This document shows positions 54,526 to 64,000 of a stretch of 64,000 nt of DNA, piece by piece. The notes below the pieces were generated by a model. It made no database searches. It saw only the letters and a list, made by a program, of their open reading frames with translations, and was not told the DNA's origin. Within the stretch, counting starts at the first letter, position 1. Each line of letters opens with the position of its first letter. The translations under genes and the position numbers were made by a program. The DNA is from Treponema sp. (GTDB taxonomy: Bacteria > Spirochaetota > Spirochaetia > Treponematales > Treponemataceae): contig JAKSTM010000009.1 in the NCBI GenBank assembly GCA_024402565.1, positions 169-64,168 of the forward strand, read 5' to 3'.

Positions 54526-56382
54526 ATGAATAAAGAACAGTACGAAGCACAAATCAAAGCATTAAAAGAAGAAATTGAATTATTAAAAAAGAAACAGACT
54601 TACGAAATTAAACGCCAGAAATACGGCTTAAACTGGATAGATGTTCCAGAAGCCTTTGAAAAAGACAGCGAAAATAAAATCCCAGTTTTAGAAGAAGTAA
54701 AAGATAAATCCATTAAAAATGATGACGGAAAACCAACACATATTTTGATTGAAGGTGATAACTACCACGCTCTGCAGTGTTTGAATTATACACACAAAGG
54801 CAAAGTGGACGTTATTTATATTGATCCGCCTTATAATACGGGAAGTGATGGGTTTTCTTATAAGGATGCTCGGTTTCTTGATAAATATCCTGATGGGACT
54901 ACAGTTCCTAAAGATCATCCTTTAAGACATAGTTATTGGCTTTCTTTTATGAATAAAAGATTGCGTTTAGCAAGAAAACTATTAAAACCAGATGGTGTAA
55001 TTTTTATAAGTATAAATGAAGATGAATTATCTCAATTAAAACTCCTGTGTGACGAAATCTTTTTACCAGAAAATTATATTTCGACATTTGTAATAAAAGT
55101 TCGTCATGACGATAGAATTCTCAAAGGTGATAAACCAATACATGAAACAGTAGAATTTCTGTTAATGTATCAGAATAGTTCTGTATTTCAGATTCAAAAA
55201 AGATTAAAAGATAATTCATCTCCAGAAGAATATAAATATCAAATAAAAGAATTAATTTCTAATCCTGAAATAATTGAAATGGGTGAAAAGAATGTTCAAG
55301 TTTTCAAGCCAGGTGATTATGAAATAATTACAACATCAGCAAGTTTCAATAACTTAAAAAAAATTAATATCCGAGGTTCTATAAAAGCTGGAAATAGTTC
55401 AGGACGTTTTCATATGAAATACCTTGAAAACAGAAAGAATGATTTTGAAGTGTTATATAAAGTTCCAAATATGGGAGATGACGGCTTAGGATATAGATAT
55501 TTTATTTCGAGAAAAAATGAAAAACAATTAAATGGATCATATTTTCAAGGAGCTCCTATAGATCGAAAAGATTGGACTTCTATACCTTATCCTAATTTTT
55601 TTGATTTTGAATCAATTTTCAATGATGTTGGACAAGAAGGAGGCGTACCTTTTGATGGAGGAAAAAAACCTATTGAATTCATAGAGAAATTTATAAAAAT
55701 AGCAACTGCAAAAGAAAATCTCGTAATTCTAGATTTTTTTGGAGGGAGTGGTTCTACAGCTCATGCCACACTTGATATGAATTCCACAGCTAATAATCAA
55801 TTCATAGTAGTCCAAATTCCAGAAAAAACATTTGAGATAAAAAATAATAGTAAAAAAGCATTAAAGGGTTGCGAAAATGTTTTTAATGCAGGTTTTGATA
55901 ACTTAATTGATGTTACATATCAGCGTATAAAAAATGTCATTCAAGGCTACACAAATTCCAAAGGTGAACAAATCCCTGGTCTTGGAAACTCCCTCAAATA
56001 TTACAAAACAGCTTTTATTGGTCAAAACAACTGTAAAAATGCCAATGATGACGACAGAACAGAACTTGCTAAAAAGGCAGGATGTCTTCTTTCTCTTGGA
56101 GAAAACACTTTGGATGAAATCTGTTCAACTGAATATTATCAGCTTTTTACTGGAAGCAAAGAAGCTACTGCTGTTTACTTCACAGATGATTACGAAAAGT
56201 TTGATGAATTCAAAAAAAAGGTTGCAGAACTGGCTCCAAAATTTAAAAAGACTTTTGTTTACATTTTTGCCTGGAGTTCTGCAGATGACTTTGCCTATGA
56301 ATTTGAAGGTATTCCAAATATTCAGATAAAAGCAATTCCTCTTCCGATTCTTGAAATTTATAAGTCTATTTACAACATGTAA
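54526..56382 (+). CDS. mod: Type III restriction-modification methyltransferase (Mod, beta class)
   Basis: KYGLNW, ILIEGDNYHAL, IYIDPPYNTG before LDFFGGSGSTAHA. Confidence 0.9.
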   Translation: MNKEQYEAQIKALKEEIELLKKKQTYEIKRQKYGLNWIDVPEAFEKDSENKIPVLEEVKDKSIKNDDGKPTHILIEGDNYHALQCLNYTHKGKVDVIYIDPPYNTGSDGFSYKDARFLDKYPDGTTVPKDHPLRHSYWLSFMNKRLRLARKLLKPDGVIFISINEDELSQLKLLCDEIFLPENYISTFVIKVRHDDRILKGDKPIHETVEFLLMYQNSSVFQIQKRLKDNSSPEEYKYQIKELISNPEIIEMGEKNVQVFKPGDYEIITTSASFNNLKKINIRGSIKAGNSSGRFHMKYLENRKNDFEVLYKVPNMGDDGLGYRYFISRKNEKQLNGSYFQGAPIDRKDWTSIPYPNFFDFESIFNDVGQEGGVPFDGGKKPIEFIEKFIKIATAKENLVILDFFGGSGSTAHATLDMNSTANNQFIVVQIPEKTFEIKNNSKKALKGCENVFNAGFDNLIDVTYQRIKNVIQGYTNSKGEQIPGLGNSLKYYKTAFIGQNNCKNANDDDRTELAKKAGCLLSLGENTLDEICSTEYYQLFTGSKEATAVYFTDDYEKFDEFKKKVAELAPKFKKTFVYIFAWSSADDFAYEFEGIPNIQIKAIPLPILEIYKSIYNM

Positions 56383-56400
56383 GTCCAAAGGAGATTTTTT

Positions 56401-58830
56401 ATGAAACCATTAACATTCCAACAAAAAGCAATAGATGAACTTATTTCCAGTTTTAAAACTCTTTGGACGCAACCTGAATCAAAATTACCTGTGGTTTTTA
56501 AAAGTCCAACTGGAAGTGGAAAAACTTTTATGACTTCGGCATTTATAAACGAGATGTCTGAACAGCCGGATTGGGATGCAGATATTGCCTGGATTTGGAT
56601 TACTTTTAGTGATGATCTTGCCATGCAGAGTCGGGATAAATTTGCTCAGTATTTTAGTCAGAATATTAAAAATCAGTTGATTACGGTTGCAGATTTTAAT
56701 CAGGGAAAACTTAATAAAAATGATGTGTTGTTTTTGAACTGGCAGAAACTTGTTAGTACTAAGGCAGAAGACCGATTGCTTCGTCGTCCGGAAAATCCTG
56801 AAAATGCAAAAGAAAGTGGCTGCTATTTTGAAGATGTTATTGAAGCTACACATAAAGATGGCAGACAAATCATTATGATTATTGATGAAAGTCATAAAAA
56901 TGTTACTGATGCTGCTTATAAAAATGTAATTAATCCTGCAAATCCAAAAATTATTGTAAATGTTTCTGCTACTCCTAAAGAAATTCCTGATGCAAGTGCC
57001 ATAAAACATAATAAAGCGGCATTTGTTGAAGTTGAACTTGCTGATGTTGTTGAAGAAGGCTTGATAAAGGAAAAAATTCAGTGTCAGGCTAGCGAGGATA
57101 TTAAAAAACTTGGTAATACTGACTTGGACGAAGCTTTAATTGTTCTTGCAATGAATAAAAAAGCTGAACTTGAAGCTCAGTTTGCACGCCTTAATAAAAA
57201 TGTAAATCCTTTGGTTTTAATTCAGCTTCCGAATGATGATAAAAAACTAATTGAAGCGGGACAGGAAACTAAAGAACAGATTGTATTAAAAATCCTTCAC
57301 GAAAAAGGGATTGATGACTCTAGAATTGCCCTTTGGTTTGACGGCAATAAAAAGAATATGGAATTTATCAGCGACAACGATTGTTCCGTAGATTACATGC
57401 TCTTTAAGGAAGCCGCTGGAACTGGCTGGGACTGCCCCCGTGCTCATATTCTTGTAATGTTCCGTGAAATTAATTCACCTACATTTAAAACTCAGACTAT
57501 TGGTCGTATTTTAAGAATGCCTGAACCTGAAAGTAAAGATGATTATGTTGCATATCCTGATTTGCGATGTGGTTATCTTTATACAAACTATGATCGTAAT
57601 CAGGTTGAAGCTGCAAAATGGGGTGATAAAAATAAGCCGGAAGTATATCTTTCTCATCCACTTATGGGCTACGAATACTATGACTTTAACGGGCTTCTTC
57701 AAGCAGATTATCTTTCCCGAACAGATTACGGTGACTTTGTAGATGCTAAAAAATTCCAGACAAGTTTTATAAAATCTTTTGATCAGTTTTTTAATCTTGA
57801 AGAAACTGATTCTGTTGAAAAATGTATTAATGCAATAAAAGAGAAAAACATTGAAGAAAATCCAACGCTAAATTATGAATTGATTGTTGATAGAGATTTA
57901 ACTGATTTTGATAATATCTTTGGTGATATTCGAAATACAAAGGATGAAGATTTACTTGAACACGAAATGTCCAGAAATGATATTGAAAAACTGTTTAATT
58001 ATCATTGTGTAAAAGTATTACTTCAGCAGCAAGATGAAGATACTAAAATAGGAAACGCGGCTCGTTCCTGGGGACCATTAAAATCTGCACTTAGAATGTG
58101 GTTTAGAAAAAGACTTAAATGGGGTGGAACAGAAACTTTTGTAGCAGATATGCAGAAAGGGGATGCAAGTATTTTCCGTGCGGCAATTTATCAGGCATTA
58201 AAAGACTTTGCTCCAATTAAACAGGCTTTATTGGATGAAAAAACACGAGAGAGAAAACACAACACTTATACTTTTGCAATCCAGAGTGCTTATTCATACA
58301 CAGATGATTTTGAAGAGATGAAAGTTTCAAAATCTTTATTATCACCGTTTTATATTCGTAAAGATGATTATCGTGGAAAAATTAATGAAACCAACTTTAT
58401 AAGTTTTATAGAAAAACTGCCAAATGTTGACTGGTGGTACAAAAATGGAGATAAAGGTCAGAATAACTTTGGTTTCCAGTATGTTGATGCAGAAACTGGC
58501 AAAGAATGTCTTTTCTACCCAGATTGGATTATTCGCTACAAAAATGGAACTATAGGTATTTATGATACAAAAGCTGGAACAACTGCAATTGAAGCAAAAG
58601 ACAGAGCAGAAAGTTTATACAGAAAACTTATAGAACTTAATTCAAATCTTGATGAATTTGAAAAGAATCCTTCTCCAAAACAAGGAAGCCTTTTTAATGG
58701 AGAATATCCAAAAATTGAAAAATTTGTTGGTGGAATTGTAGTTAATCGAAACGGAACCTGGTTCTGTAATAGTTCAGAAGATTATGAGTATCAGACTGAT
58801 GCATTAAGCTCTGACTGGAAACCATTTTAA
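56401..58830 (+). CDS. res: Type III restriction endonuclease/helicase (Res)
   Basis: SPTGSGKT, IIDESH, SATP, GWDCP, QTIGRILR; PD-(D/E)xK motif FYPDWII..IYDTK. Confidence 0.88.
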   Translation: MKPLTFQQKAIDELISSFKTLWTQPESKLPVVFKSPTGSGKTFMTSAFINEMSEQPDWDADIAWIWITFSDDLAMQSRDKFAQYFSQNIKNQLITVADFNQGKLNKNDVLFLNWQKLVSTKAEDRLLRRPENPENAKESGCYFEDVIEATHKDGRQIIMIIDESHKNVTDAAYKNVINPANPKIIVNVSATPKEIPDASAIKHNKAAFVEVELADVVEEGLIKEKIQCQASEDIKKLGNTDLDEALIVLAMNKKAELEAQFARLNKNVNPLVLIQLPNDDKKLIEAGQETKEQIVLKILHEKGIDDSRIALWFDGNKKNMEFISDNDCSVDYMLFKEAAGTGWDCPRAHILVMFREINSPTFKTQTIGRILRMPEPESKDDYVAYPDLRCGYLYTNYDRNQVEAAKWGDKNKPEVYLSHPLMGYEYYDFNGLLQADYLSRTDYGDFVDAKKFQTSFIKSFDQFFNLEETDSVEKCINAIKEKNIEENPTLNYELIVDRDLTDFDNIFGDIRNTKDEDLLEHEMSRNDIEKLFNYHCVKVLLQQQDEDTKIGNAARSWGPLKSALRMWFRKRLKWGGTETFVADMQKGDASIFRAAIYQALKDFAPIKQALLDEKTRERKHNTYTFAIQSAYSYTDDFEEMKVSKSLLSPFYIRKDDYRGKINETNFISFIEKLPNVDWWYKNGDKGQNNFGFQYVDAETGKECLFYPDWIIRYKNGTIGIYDTKAGTTAIEAKDRAESLYRKLIELNSNLDEFEKNPSPKQGSLFNGEYPKIEKFVGGIVVNRNGTWFCNSSEDYEYQTDALSSDWKPF

Positions 58831-58837
58831 TAATAAA

Positions 58838-58879
58838 TTTAGCCAAAAATTTGACATTTTAGCCAAATTTACCTATATT
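58838..58879 (+). promoter_or_regulatory. Toxin-antitoxin promoter with a direct-repeat operator
   Basis: TTGACA (58851), 17 bp, TATATT (58874); TTTAGCCAAA at 58838 and 58858. Confidence 0.7.
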
Positions 58880-58897
58880 CATATATAGGAGGCCAAA

Positions 58898-59197
58898 ATG
58901 ATTTCCATATCCGTTGGCGAAGCTAAAAACAAATTAACTTATTATCTCCACCTTGTAGAAGAAAAAGGCGAATCTATTCAGGTTACTCGTCATGGGAAGA
59001 CTGTTGCCACTATAAATAATCAAGATTCTTTAAATGTATTAAGCAAAAAGCAACTGTTTGCCAAAGGTCTTGAAAGCTGGCGTGCAAAATATGCAGATGA
59101 ACTGAAACAATACTCAGATGAAGAAATTGATGAAATTTTTACTCGTCAAAAAGATGATGAATCAATTGTAAGACACCCAGAAGATTTTGAATGGTAG
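58898..59197 (+). CDS. Phd/YefM family antitoxin
   Basis: ISVGEAKNKL...GESIQVTRHGK.VA; SD AGGAGG. Confidence 0.88.
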   Translation: MISISVGEAKNKLTYYLHLVEEKGESIQVTRHGKTVATINNQDSLNVLSKKQLFAKGLESWRAKYADELKQYSDEEIDEIFTRQKDDESIVRHPEDFEW

Positions 59198-59204
59198 GCA
59201 CCTT

Positions 59205-59630
59205 ATGAAAATGTATTTATTAGACACAAATATTATTTCTGAGCCTACAAAGGCTTCTCCAAATCTTGTTGTAACAGAAAAGATTCAGGAAAATATTGAA
59301 TATTCATGTATTTCTTCTGTTGTTTGGGCTGAAACTTTATCTGGAATAAAAACTTTATCAGATGGAAAACGAAAAGAGATGCTGTTTGACTATGCAACAA
59401 ATCAAATTCAAAAATTGTACGAAATACTTCCATTTGATGATTTTGCTGCCAGCATTTATTCTGATCTTATTTCTCAATTACAGGCTAAAGGGAAAATTCC
59501 TCAAAAACTGGATTTGATGATTGCTTCAACAGCAATTTCCAATAATCTGATTTTAGTCACAAGAAACATCTCTGATTATCAATACATCAAAGAAGTTTCA
59601 AATCTTATGCTGGAAAACTGGTTTGACTAA
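59205..59630 (+). CDS. vapC: VapC PIN-domain toxin
   Basis: YLLDTNIISE, SVVWAE, DLMIASTA, LVTRN..D. Confidence 0.9.
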   Translation: MKMYLLDTNIISEPTKASPNLVVTEKIQENIEYSCISSVVWAETLSGIKTLSDGKRKEMLFDYATNQIQKLYEILPFDDFAASIYSDLISQLQAKGKIPQKLDLMIASTAISNNLILVTRNISDYQYIKEVSNLMLENWFD

Positions 59631-59989
59631 CCAGCTTTCACAATTAAGCCCGCAATCAAAATCCAGAACAGAACAATTGGAACCGCGTAATACCATTTCT
59701 TTGGTTTGCCGTTTTCCCAAAGGCCTTCACTTTTTACCCTGCATTCTTCCATAACTTCCGGCGGAATGAGTTTGATTGTCCAGGCAACCATTACCGGCAG
59801 CAAAAGCAGGTCATCCAGATAACCGATTACAGGAATAAAATCAGGAATCAGATCGATTGGAGAAAGAGCATAAGCCACCGTGAGGGCTGCAAGTATTTTT
59901 GCAGCAAACGGAGTCTTTTCATGCTTCAATGCAAGAAAAACTGCGGGAATATCTGTTTTAAGTTTTTTTGCACGTTCTTTTAAGTTCAT
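59627..59989 (-). CDS. YkvA/DUF1232 family membrane protein
   Basis: YALSPIDLIPDFIPVIGYLDD. Confidence 0.9.
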   Translation of the reverse strand: MNLKERAKKLKTDIPAVFLALKHEKTPFAAKILAALTVAYALSPIDLIPDFIPVIGYLDDLLLLPVMVAWTIKLIPPEVMEECRVKSEGLWENGKPKKWYYAVPIVLFWILIAGLIVKAG

Positions 59990-60062
59990 ACGTTATTTTA
60001 CCACCTAAAGCAATTCTTGAAACTAGTTGTCCAAAAGTCTCCGCTTCACTATTCTCATTCTA

Positions 60063-61406
60063 ATGTCAAAATTAATTGAAAAAGATTTAACGACAGGTTC
60101 GCTTTCCAAAGGAATATTTTTTTTCAGCCTGCCACTTATGTTCTCCAATGTTCTGCAGGTTTTATTTAACATAGCAGACATTGCTGTTGTTGGACGATTT
60201 GCGGGACCTTTGGCTTTAGGTTCCGTTGGTTCCACAGCCCAGATTTTATTTCTTTTTACCGGTATTTTAATGGGACTTGGTGGTGGCGTTAATGTAATTG
60301 TTGCCTTTTACCTTGGCGCAAAATCACAGAAATCTCTTGATCAGTCCGTTCATTCATCTTTCACAATTTCACTTATTATTGGTCTTGTCTTAATGCTGAT
60401 TGGATATTTTTTTGCTAAACCTGTCCTTTCCTTAATAAAAACAAAACCTGAACTTCTGAAAGGCGCTGTTATTTATTTTAAAATTTACATGCTTGGCATT
60501 CCAGGCGTCGCCATCTTCAATTTCGGGAACGCAGTCCTGAGTGCAGCAGGAGATACAAAAAGACCTTTATTTTACTTAACAACTGCAGGCGTAATAAACG
60601 TAATTCTGAATCTTGTTTTCGTAATTGTATTCAACATGTCCTGCGCCGGAGTTGCACTTGCCAGCATCATTTCCCAATACGTTTCTGCTTTTCTTGTTAT
60701 GGCTGCCCTTTTCAAAGGTTTAGGAAACATAAAGTTCTCTTTCAGAAAACTTTCATTAAACCGTGAAATTTCCATTAAGATTCTAAAAATCGGAATTCCT
60801 TCAGGACTCCAGAATGCAATATTTTCTGTAGCAAATACTTTTATTCAGGTTGGAGTAAATTCCTTTGATGCCATAATGGTTGCAGGAACTGCAGCCTGCA
60901 CAAACCTGGACAACATTGTTTACAGCACCATGAACGGATTTTATACCGCCTGTGCCACATTCATCGGACAGAACTATGGTGCCAGAAAAAAAGACAGAAT
61001 CATAAAAAGTATGGTCATTGCCAATGTTTATGCATTTGTAATTGGTGCCGTTGAAAGTACACTTATGTATATTTTCGGACACCAGTGTTTTGCACTTTTC
61101 ACAACAGACCCTGCAGTTATAGAAGCCGGAATGCTGCGCTTTGGCATAATGTTCTTTTCGCTACCGGTTGCTTCTTTTATGGACAACACAATTGCAGCAA
61201 ACCGCGGGCTTGGAAAAACTTTTGTTCCATCACTTATCGTTCTGGCTGGTTCCTGCCTTTTCAGAATTGCATGGATTTACACAGTATTCGCATACTTTAA
61301 GACAATTCCTTCATTATTCCTGCTTTACATTTTCAGCTGGATAATTACAGCCGCCGCAGAAATGATTTACTTTTTCAGAGAGTACAAAAAGATTTTTTCC
61401 AATTAG
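60063..61406 (+). CDS. MATE family efflux transporter
   Basis: DLTTG, FNIADIAVVG, GDTKRPL, NVILNLVF, GQNYGA; start moved to MSKLIE. Confidence 0.92.
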   Translation: MSKLIEKDLTTGSLSKGIFFFSLPLMFSNVLQVLFNIADIAVVGRFAGPLALGSVGSTAQILFLFTGILMGLGGGVNVIVAFYLGAKSQKSLDQSVHSSFTISLIIGLVLMLIGYFFAKPVLSLIKTKPELLKGAVIYFKIYMLGIPGVAIFNFGNAVLSAAGDTKRPLFYLTTAGVINVILNLVFVIVFNMSCAGVALASIISQYVSAFLVMAALFKGLGNIKFSFRKLSLNREISIKILKIGIPSGLQNAIFSVANTFIQVGVNSFDAIMVAGTAACTNLDNIVYSTMNGFYTACATFIGQNYGARKKDRIIKSMVIANVYAFVIGAVESTLMYIFGHQCFALFTTDPAVIEAGMLRFGIMFFSLPVASFMDNTIAANRGLGKTFVPSLIVLAGSCLFRIAWIYTVFAYFKTIPSLFLLYIFSWIITAAAEMIYFFREYKKIFSN

Positions 61407-62167
61407 GTTAAAGATTTCATGTAAGCCGCCGACTTTTCCATTGCTTCCAGCTGATTTTCAATATCAAAATGCTCAACAGTAAAATTGCCGTCGTAAGAAA
61501 TCTGTTTTAGTTTTTCCACAATTGTTTTGAACGGAATTATTCCTGTTCCCGTAGCACAGGAACTTACATCGGAAAGGCGGTCCTTACAGTGAACATTTAC
61601 AATTCTGTCTTTCAGCACAGGATAAGCTTCCAGAACTTCTTCTCCGTTTGCAAGAAAGTTTCCTGTATCAAAAGTGATCATCAGTTCCGGAATTTCTTTT
61701 ATGTATTCTTCAAGGAAACACAATTTTGAACTTGGATTCTGAAGATTATCAAAATCTTCCATGGTCACTGTAATTCCTTCAGGCTTAGAAAGAGCACAGA
61801 TTTTTCGGATCATGATTTTCACTTTTTCTTTTTCTGCTTGAACAGTTTCTGGTTTCATGTCTGAAAAATATGGCGGAATAAAAAGGATTTTATCTGCTCC
61901 AAGCTTTTTTGCAGTGGTAATATGGTTTTTCATTTTGATGTCATTGTCGAAATCTTCCCAGGTGTAGTTTTCATATAACTGACTTACAGAAAGACATGCG
62001 TCCTGCAATTTTTTCTGAAGTTCTTCCTGTGCCCCGATAAAACCGGCATTTGTTTCAATGCCGTCATTTCCGCATTTTTTTGCTGCTGAAAAAACTTCTT
62101 CTATAGATTTTCCGCTCTGTTCATGAGCCTGTAAAAGATGCTCCAGAAAAATTGAAATCTTTTTCAT
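61403..62167 (-). CDS. Sugar phosphate isomerase/epimerase (xylose-isomerase-like TIM barrel)
   Basis: TMED, FDTGNF, VHCKD, GTGIIP, YDGNFTVEH. Confidence 0.8.
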   Translation of the reverse strand: MKKISIFLEHLLQAHEQSGKSIEEVFSAAKKCGNDGIETNAGFIGAQEELQKKLQDACLSVSQLYENYTWEDFDNDIKMKNHITTAKKLGADKILFIPPYFSDMKPETVQAEKEKVKIMIRKICALSKPEGITVTMEDFDNLQNPSSKLCFLEEYIKEIPELMITFDTGNFLANGEEVLEAYPVLKDRIVNVHCKDRLSDVSSCATGTGIIPFKTIVEKLKQISYDGNFTVEHFDIENQLEAMEKSAAYMKSLT

Positions 62168-62871
62168 TATTTTACCTCCACACAATCTCTGATGATTACA
62201 GATGAATTTACAGGAGCGCACCAGTAAACTCCATTCTTAATAATCTTCTGAATTTCTTCCTGATAATAAACCGGGTATTCTTCATGACCCGGCTGAAAAT
62301 AGAAAATCTTTCCTTTTCCGCGGGTCCAGGTGCAGGCGCTTCTGAAAACATAGCCGTTGGAAAACCAGCCTGTAAAAATTACATCATCAGGTTTCGGAAC
62401 ATCAAAATATTCGCCGTACATTTCTTCGTCAGGGATTACAATTTCTTCTGGAAGTCCCGCAGCAATTGGATGTGTCGGACAGGTACAGAAAAGTTTTTCC
62501 GATTCTCCGTGCTTCCACTTAAGGCTCATGGTTGTGCCCATTAAAAGTTTCATAGGTTTTGAAAAATGAGCCGAATGAAGCGGCAGAAATCCCATTCCGT
62601 CCTGAACTCTGTTCTTTATATTTTCTGCAACAGTGTCAGAGAATTCATCCTGCTTTGCATGACTCCAGAAAATCAGAACATCAGTTGAATCCAGAACTTC
62701 TTTTGAAAGCCCGTGTTCTTCCATGTCAAAAGTTGCGGTCCTGATTTTAAGATTTTCATCACTTTTCAAAAAATCTTTTATACAATTATGAATGCCTTCC
62801 GGGTAAACTTTTCTGATACCTTCGTAAGTCTGTTCATGAAAATACTCGTTGTAAATTGTTACGTTAATCAT
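62167..62871 (-). CDS. ThuA-like (trehalose utilisation, GATase-like) protein
   Basis: NEYFHE, YPEGIH, DVLIFWSH, LHSAHFSK, EEMYGEYFDVP, YFQPGHE. Confidence 0.85.
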   Translation of the reverse strand: MINVTIYNEYFHEQTYEGIRKVYPEGIHNCIKDFLKSDENLKIRTATFDMEEHGLSKEVLDSTDVLIFWSHAKQDEFSDTVAENIKNRVQDGMGFLPLHSAHFSKPMKLLMGTTMSLKWKHGESEKLFCTCPTHPIAAGLPEEIVIPDEEMYGEYFDVPKPDDVIFTGWFSNGYVFRSACTWTRGKGKIFYFQPGHEEYPVYYQEEIQKIIKNGVYWCAPVNSSVIIRDCVEVK

Positions 62872-62991
62872 TTTTAAATTATACAACGGATTACACCTTT
62901 TTTTTAAAAATAAATATTACGGAACATCATCTCTTTTATGCAGGACGGGCAAATGTTATAATCAAATAAATTTATTAAAAAAGGAACTGAA

Positions 62992-63327
62992 ATGAAATTT
63001 GCATATTCTGAAATTGAAGCCCAGGTTTACCCAAACTTTAAAGGCGGCGAAAAAAATCTTACAGCCAAAATGTTCTTTGACGGACAGAACCGAATTCTTC
63101 ACGGAAGTCTTGAAGTTGGTGCCACAATCGGTCTCCACTGCCACGACACTTCAAGCGAAATCATTTACATCTTAAGCGGCGACGGCAAAGTACTCATAGA
63201 CGACGGTGTAGAATACTTAAAACCTGGCGATGCTCACTACTGCCCAAAAGGACACACTCACAGTCTTCAGAATAATTCTCAGACTGAACCTCTTGTATTC
63301 TTTGCAGTAGTTCCTGAGCAGAAATAG
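62992..63327 (+). CDS. Cupin domain protein
   Basis: IGLHCH..SEIIYILSG and HYCPKGHTHSL; SD AAGGA. Confidence 0.88.
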   Translation: MKFAYSEIEAQVYPNFKGGEKNLTAKMFFDGQNRILHGSLEVGATIGLHCHDTSSEIIYILSGDGKVLIDDGVEYLKPGDAHYCPKGHTHSLQNNSQTEPLVFFAVVPEQK

Positions 63328-63340
63328 AAACGGAAGCCTT

Positions 63341-63931
63341 ATGACAAAACAGGAAGCCCTTTCACTTTTCAATCAGATGCATCCGGATTTTTTCTCACAG
63401 AGTTCCATCGTGAACATGGATGAAACTGAAATCATGGAAGAGCAGATTTTAGAGCTTGCACATTTTGACAAATCCGCTTTGAACATTCCTGTACCCGAAA
63501 ACATAACCTTCGGCTGGTACCAGGGCGATGCTGAAAAGCTGCTTAAAGCTGTAGCGGAAGTTGAAGAAGAGTGGGCTCAGTTCGATATCTTCAAAACAGT
63601 TGATCGGGTTTTCTGCGCCATGGCCCGTGTTCCTGATCCGGAAAAGCCCGGTCTTTTTAAAAACGAAATCGCAAGCTTCTGCGTTGTGGAAGATATGGGA
63701 ACTCATGAACTTGGCGGGCGCAAAATCAAAATCGGCGGTCCCGGTTGTGTCGGCACAGTGCCTGCTTTCAGGCGGAAAGGTATTGGGCTGAAGATGGTTC
63801 AGGAAGCCACTCAGATCTTAAAGGAAGAAGGATTCGAGTTAAGTTGGATTCACTGGACCGGAGTGGGACACTGGTACGCACGTTTAGGTTACCTGCAGGT
63901 TTTCCAGTGGAATAAAAACGGAATCATATAA
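63341..63931 (+). CDS. GNAT family N-acetyltransferase
   Basis: VGTVPAFRRKGIG (motif A) and WYARLGY. Confidence 0.85.
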   Translation: MTKQEALSLFNQMHPDFFSQSSIVNMDETEIMEEQILELAHFDKSALNIPVPENITFGWYQGDAEKLLKAVAEVEEEWAQFDIFKTVDRVFCAMARVPDPEKPGLFKNEIASFCVVEDMGTHELGGRKIKIGGPGCVGTVPAFRRKGIGLKMVQEATQILKEEGFELSWIHWTGVGHWYARLGYLQVFQWNKNGII

Positions 63932-64000
63932 GAATCCGGCAGATTATTGCCGCCAGAGTACCCGAAAATAAAAACGGAACAAAAGGGAGTCTCTTAAAAG

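Noticed and set aside
54526-56382. Phase-variable mod (phasevarion)
   Set aside because: No simple-sequence repeat tract; only A/T runs of up to about 8 nt, common throughout this AT-rich window, and the frame is intact.
445-63791. Numerous 60-170 aa ORFs overlapping the long genes
   Set aside because: They are antisense or alternate-frame shadows of well-supported CDSs, with no independent motifs or start signals.

Overview
Chromosomal window from an AT-rich anaerobic bacterium, most likely a gut or rumen Treponema (inferred from spirochaete-style lipoprotein signals, GC-rich intergenic repeats and gene content; not proven). About 50 CDS are supported. They include an IscU-like/GGGtGRT gene pair, GH27 and GH2 glycosidases, pfkA, ftsK, ppdK, tex, putP and htpG. 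There is also an SH3/M48/CHASE2 adenylate cyclase trio, two lipoprotein plus outer-membrane-protein modules, a four-gene sugar ABC transporter broken up by unrelated genes, and a defence island (RelB/YafQ, XRE, type III RM, Phd/VapC). No rRNA, tRNA, integrase, transposase or cas gene was seen. The most unusual signals are non-coding: (1) an array at 2298-2654 of five 33-35 bp units with conserved inverted ends GCTATAAAT...ATTTATAGC, variable cores and about 83 bp periodicity; (2) 13 genes with a -10 box 5-8 nt before the ATG and no SD, implying widespread leaderless mRNA; (3) REP-like and heptamer repeats inserted in frame into proteins. All functional calls rest on motif recognition; no database search was run.
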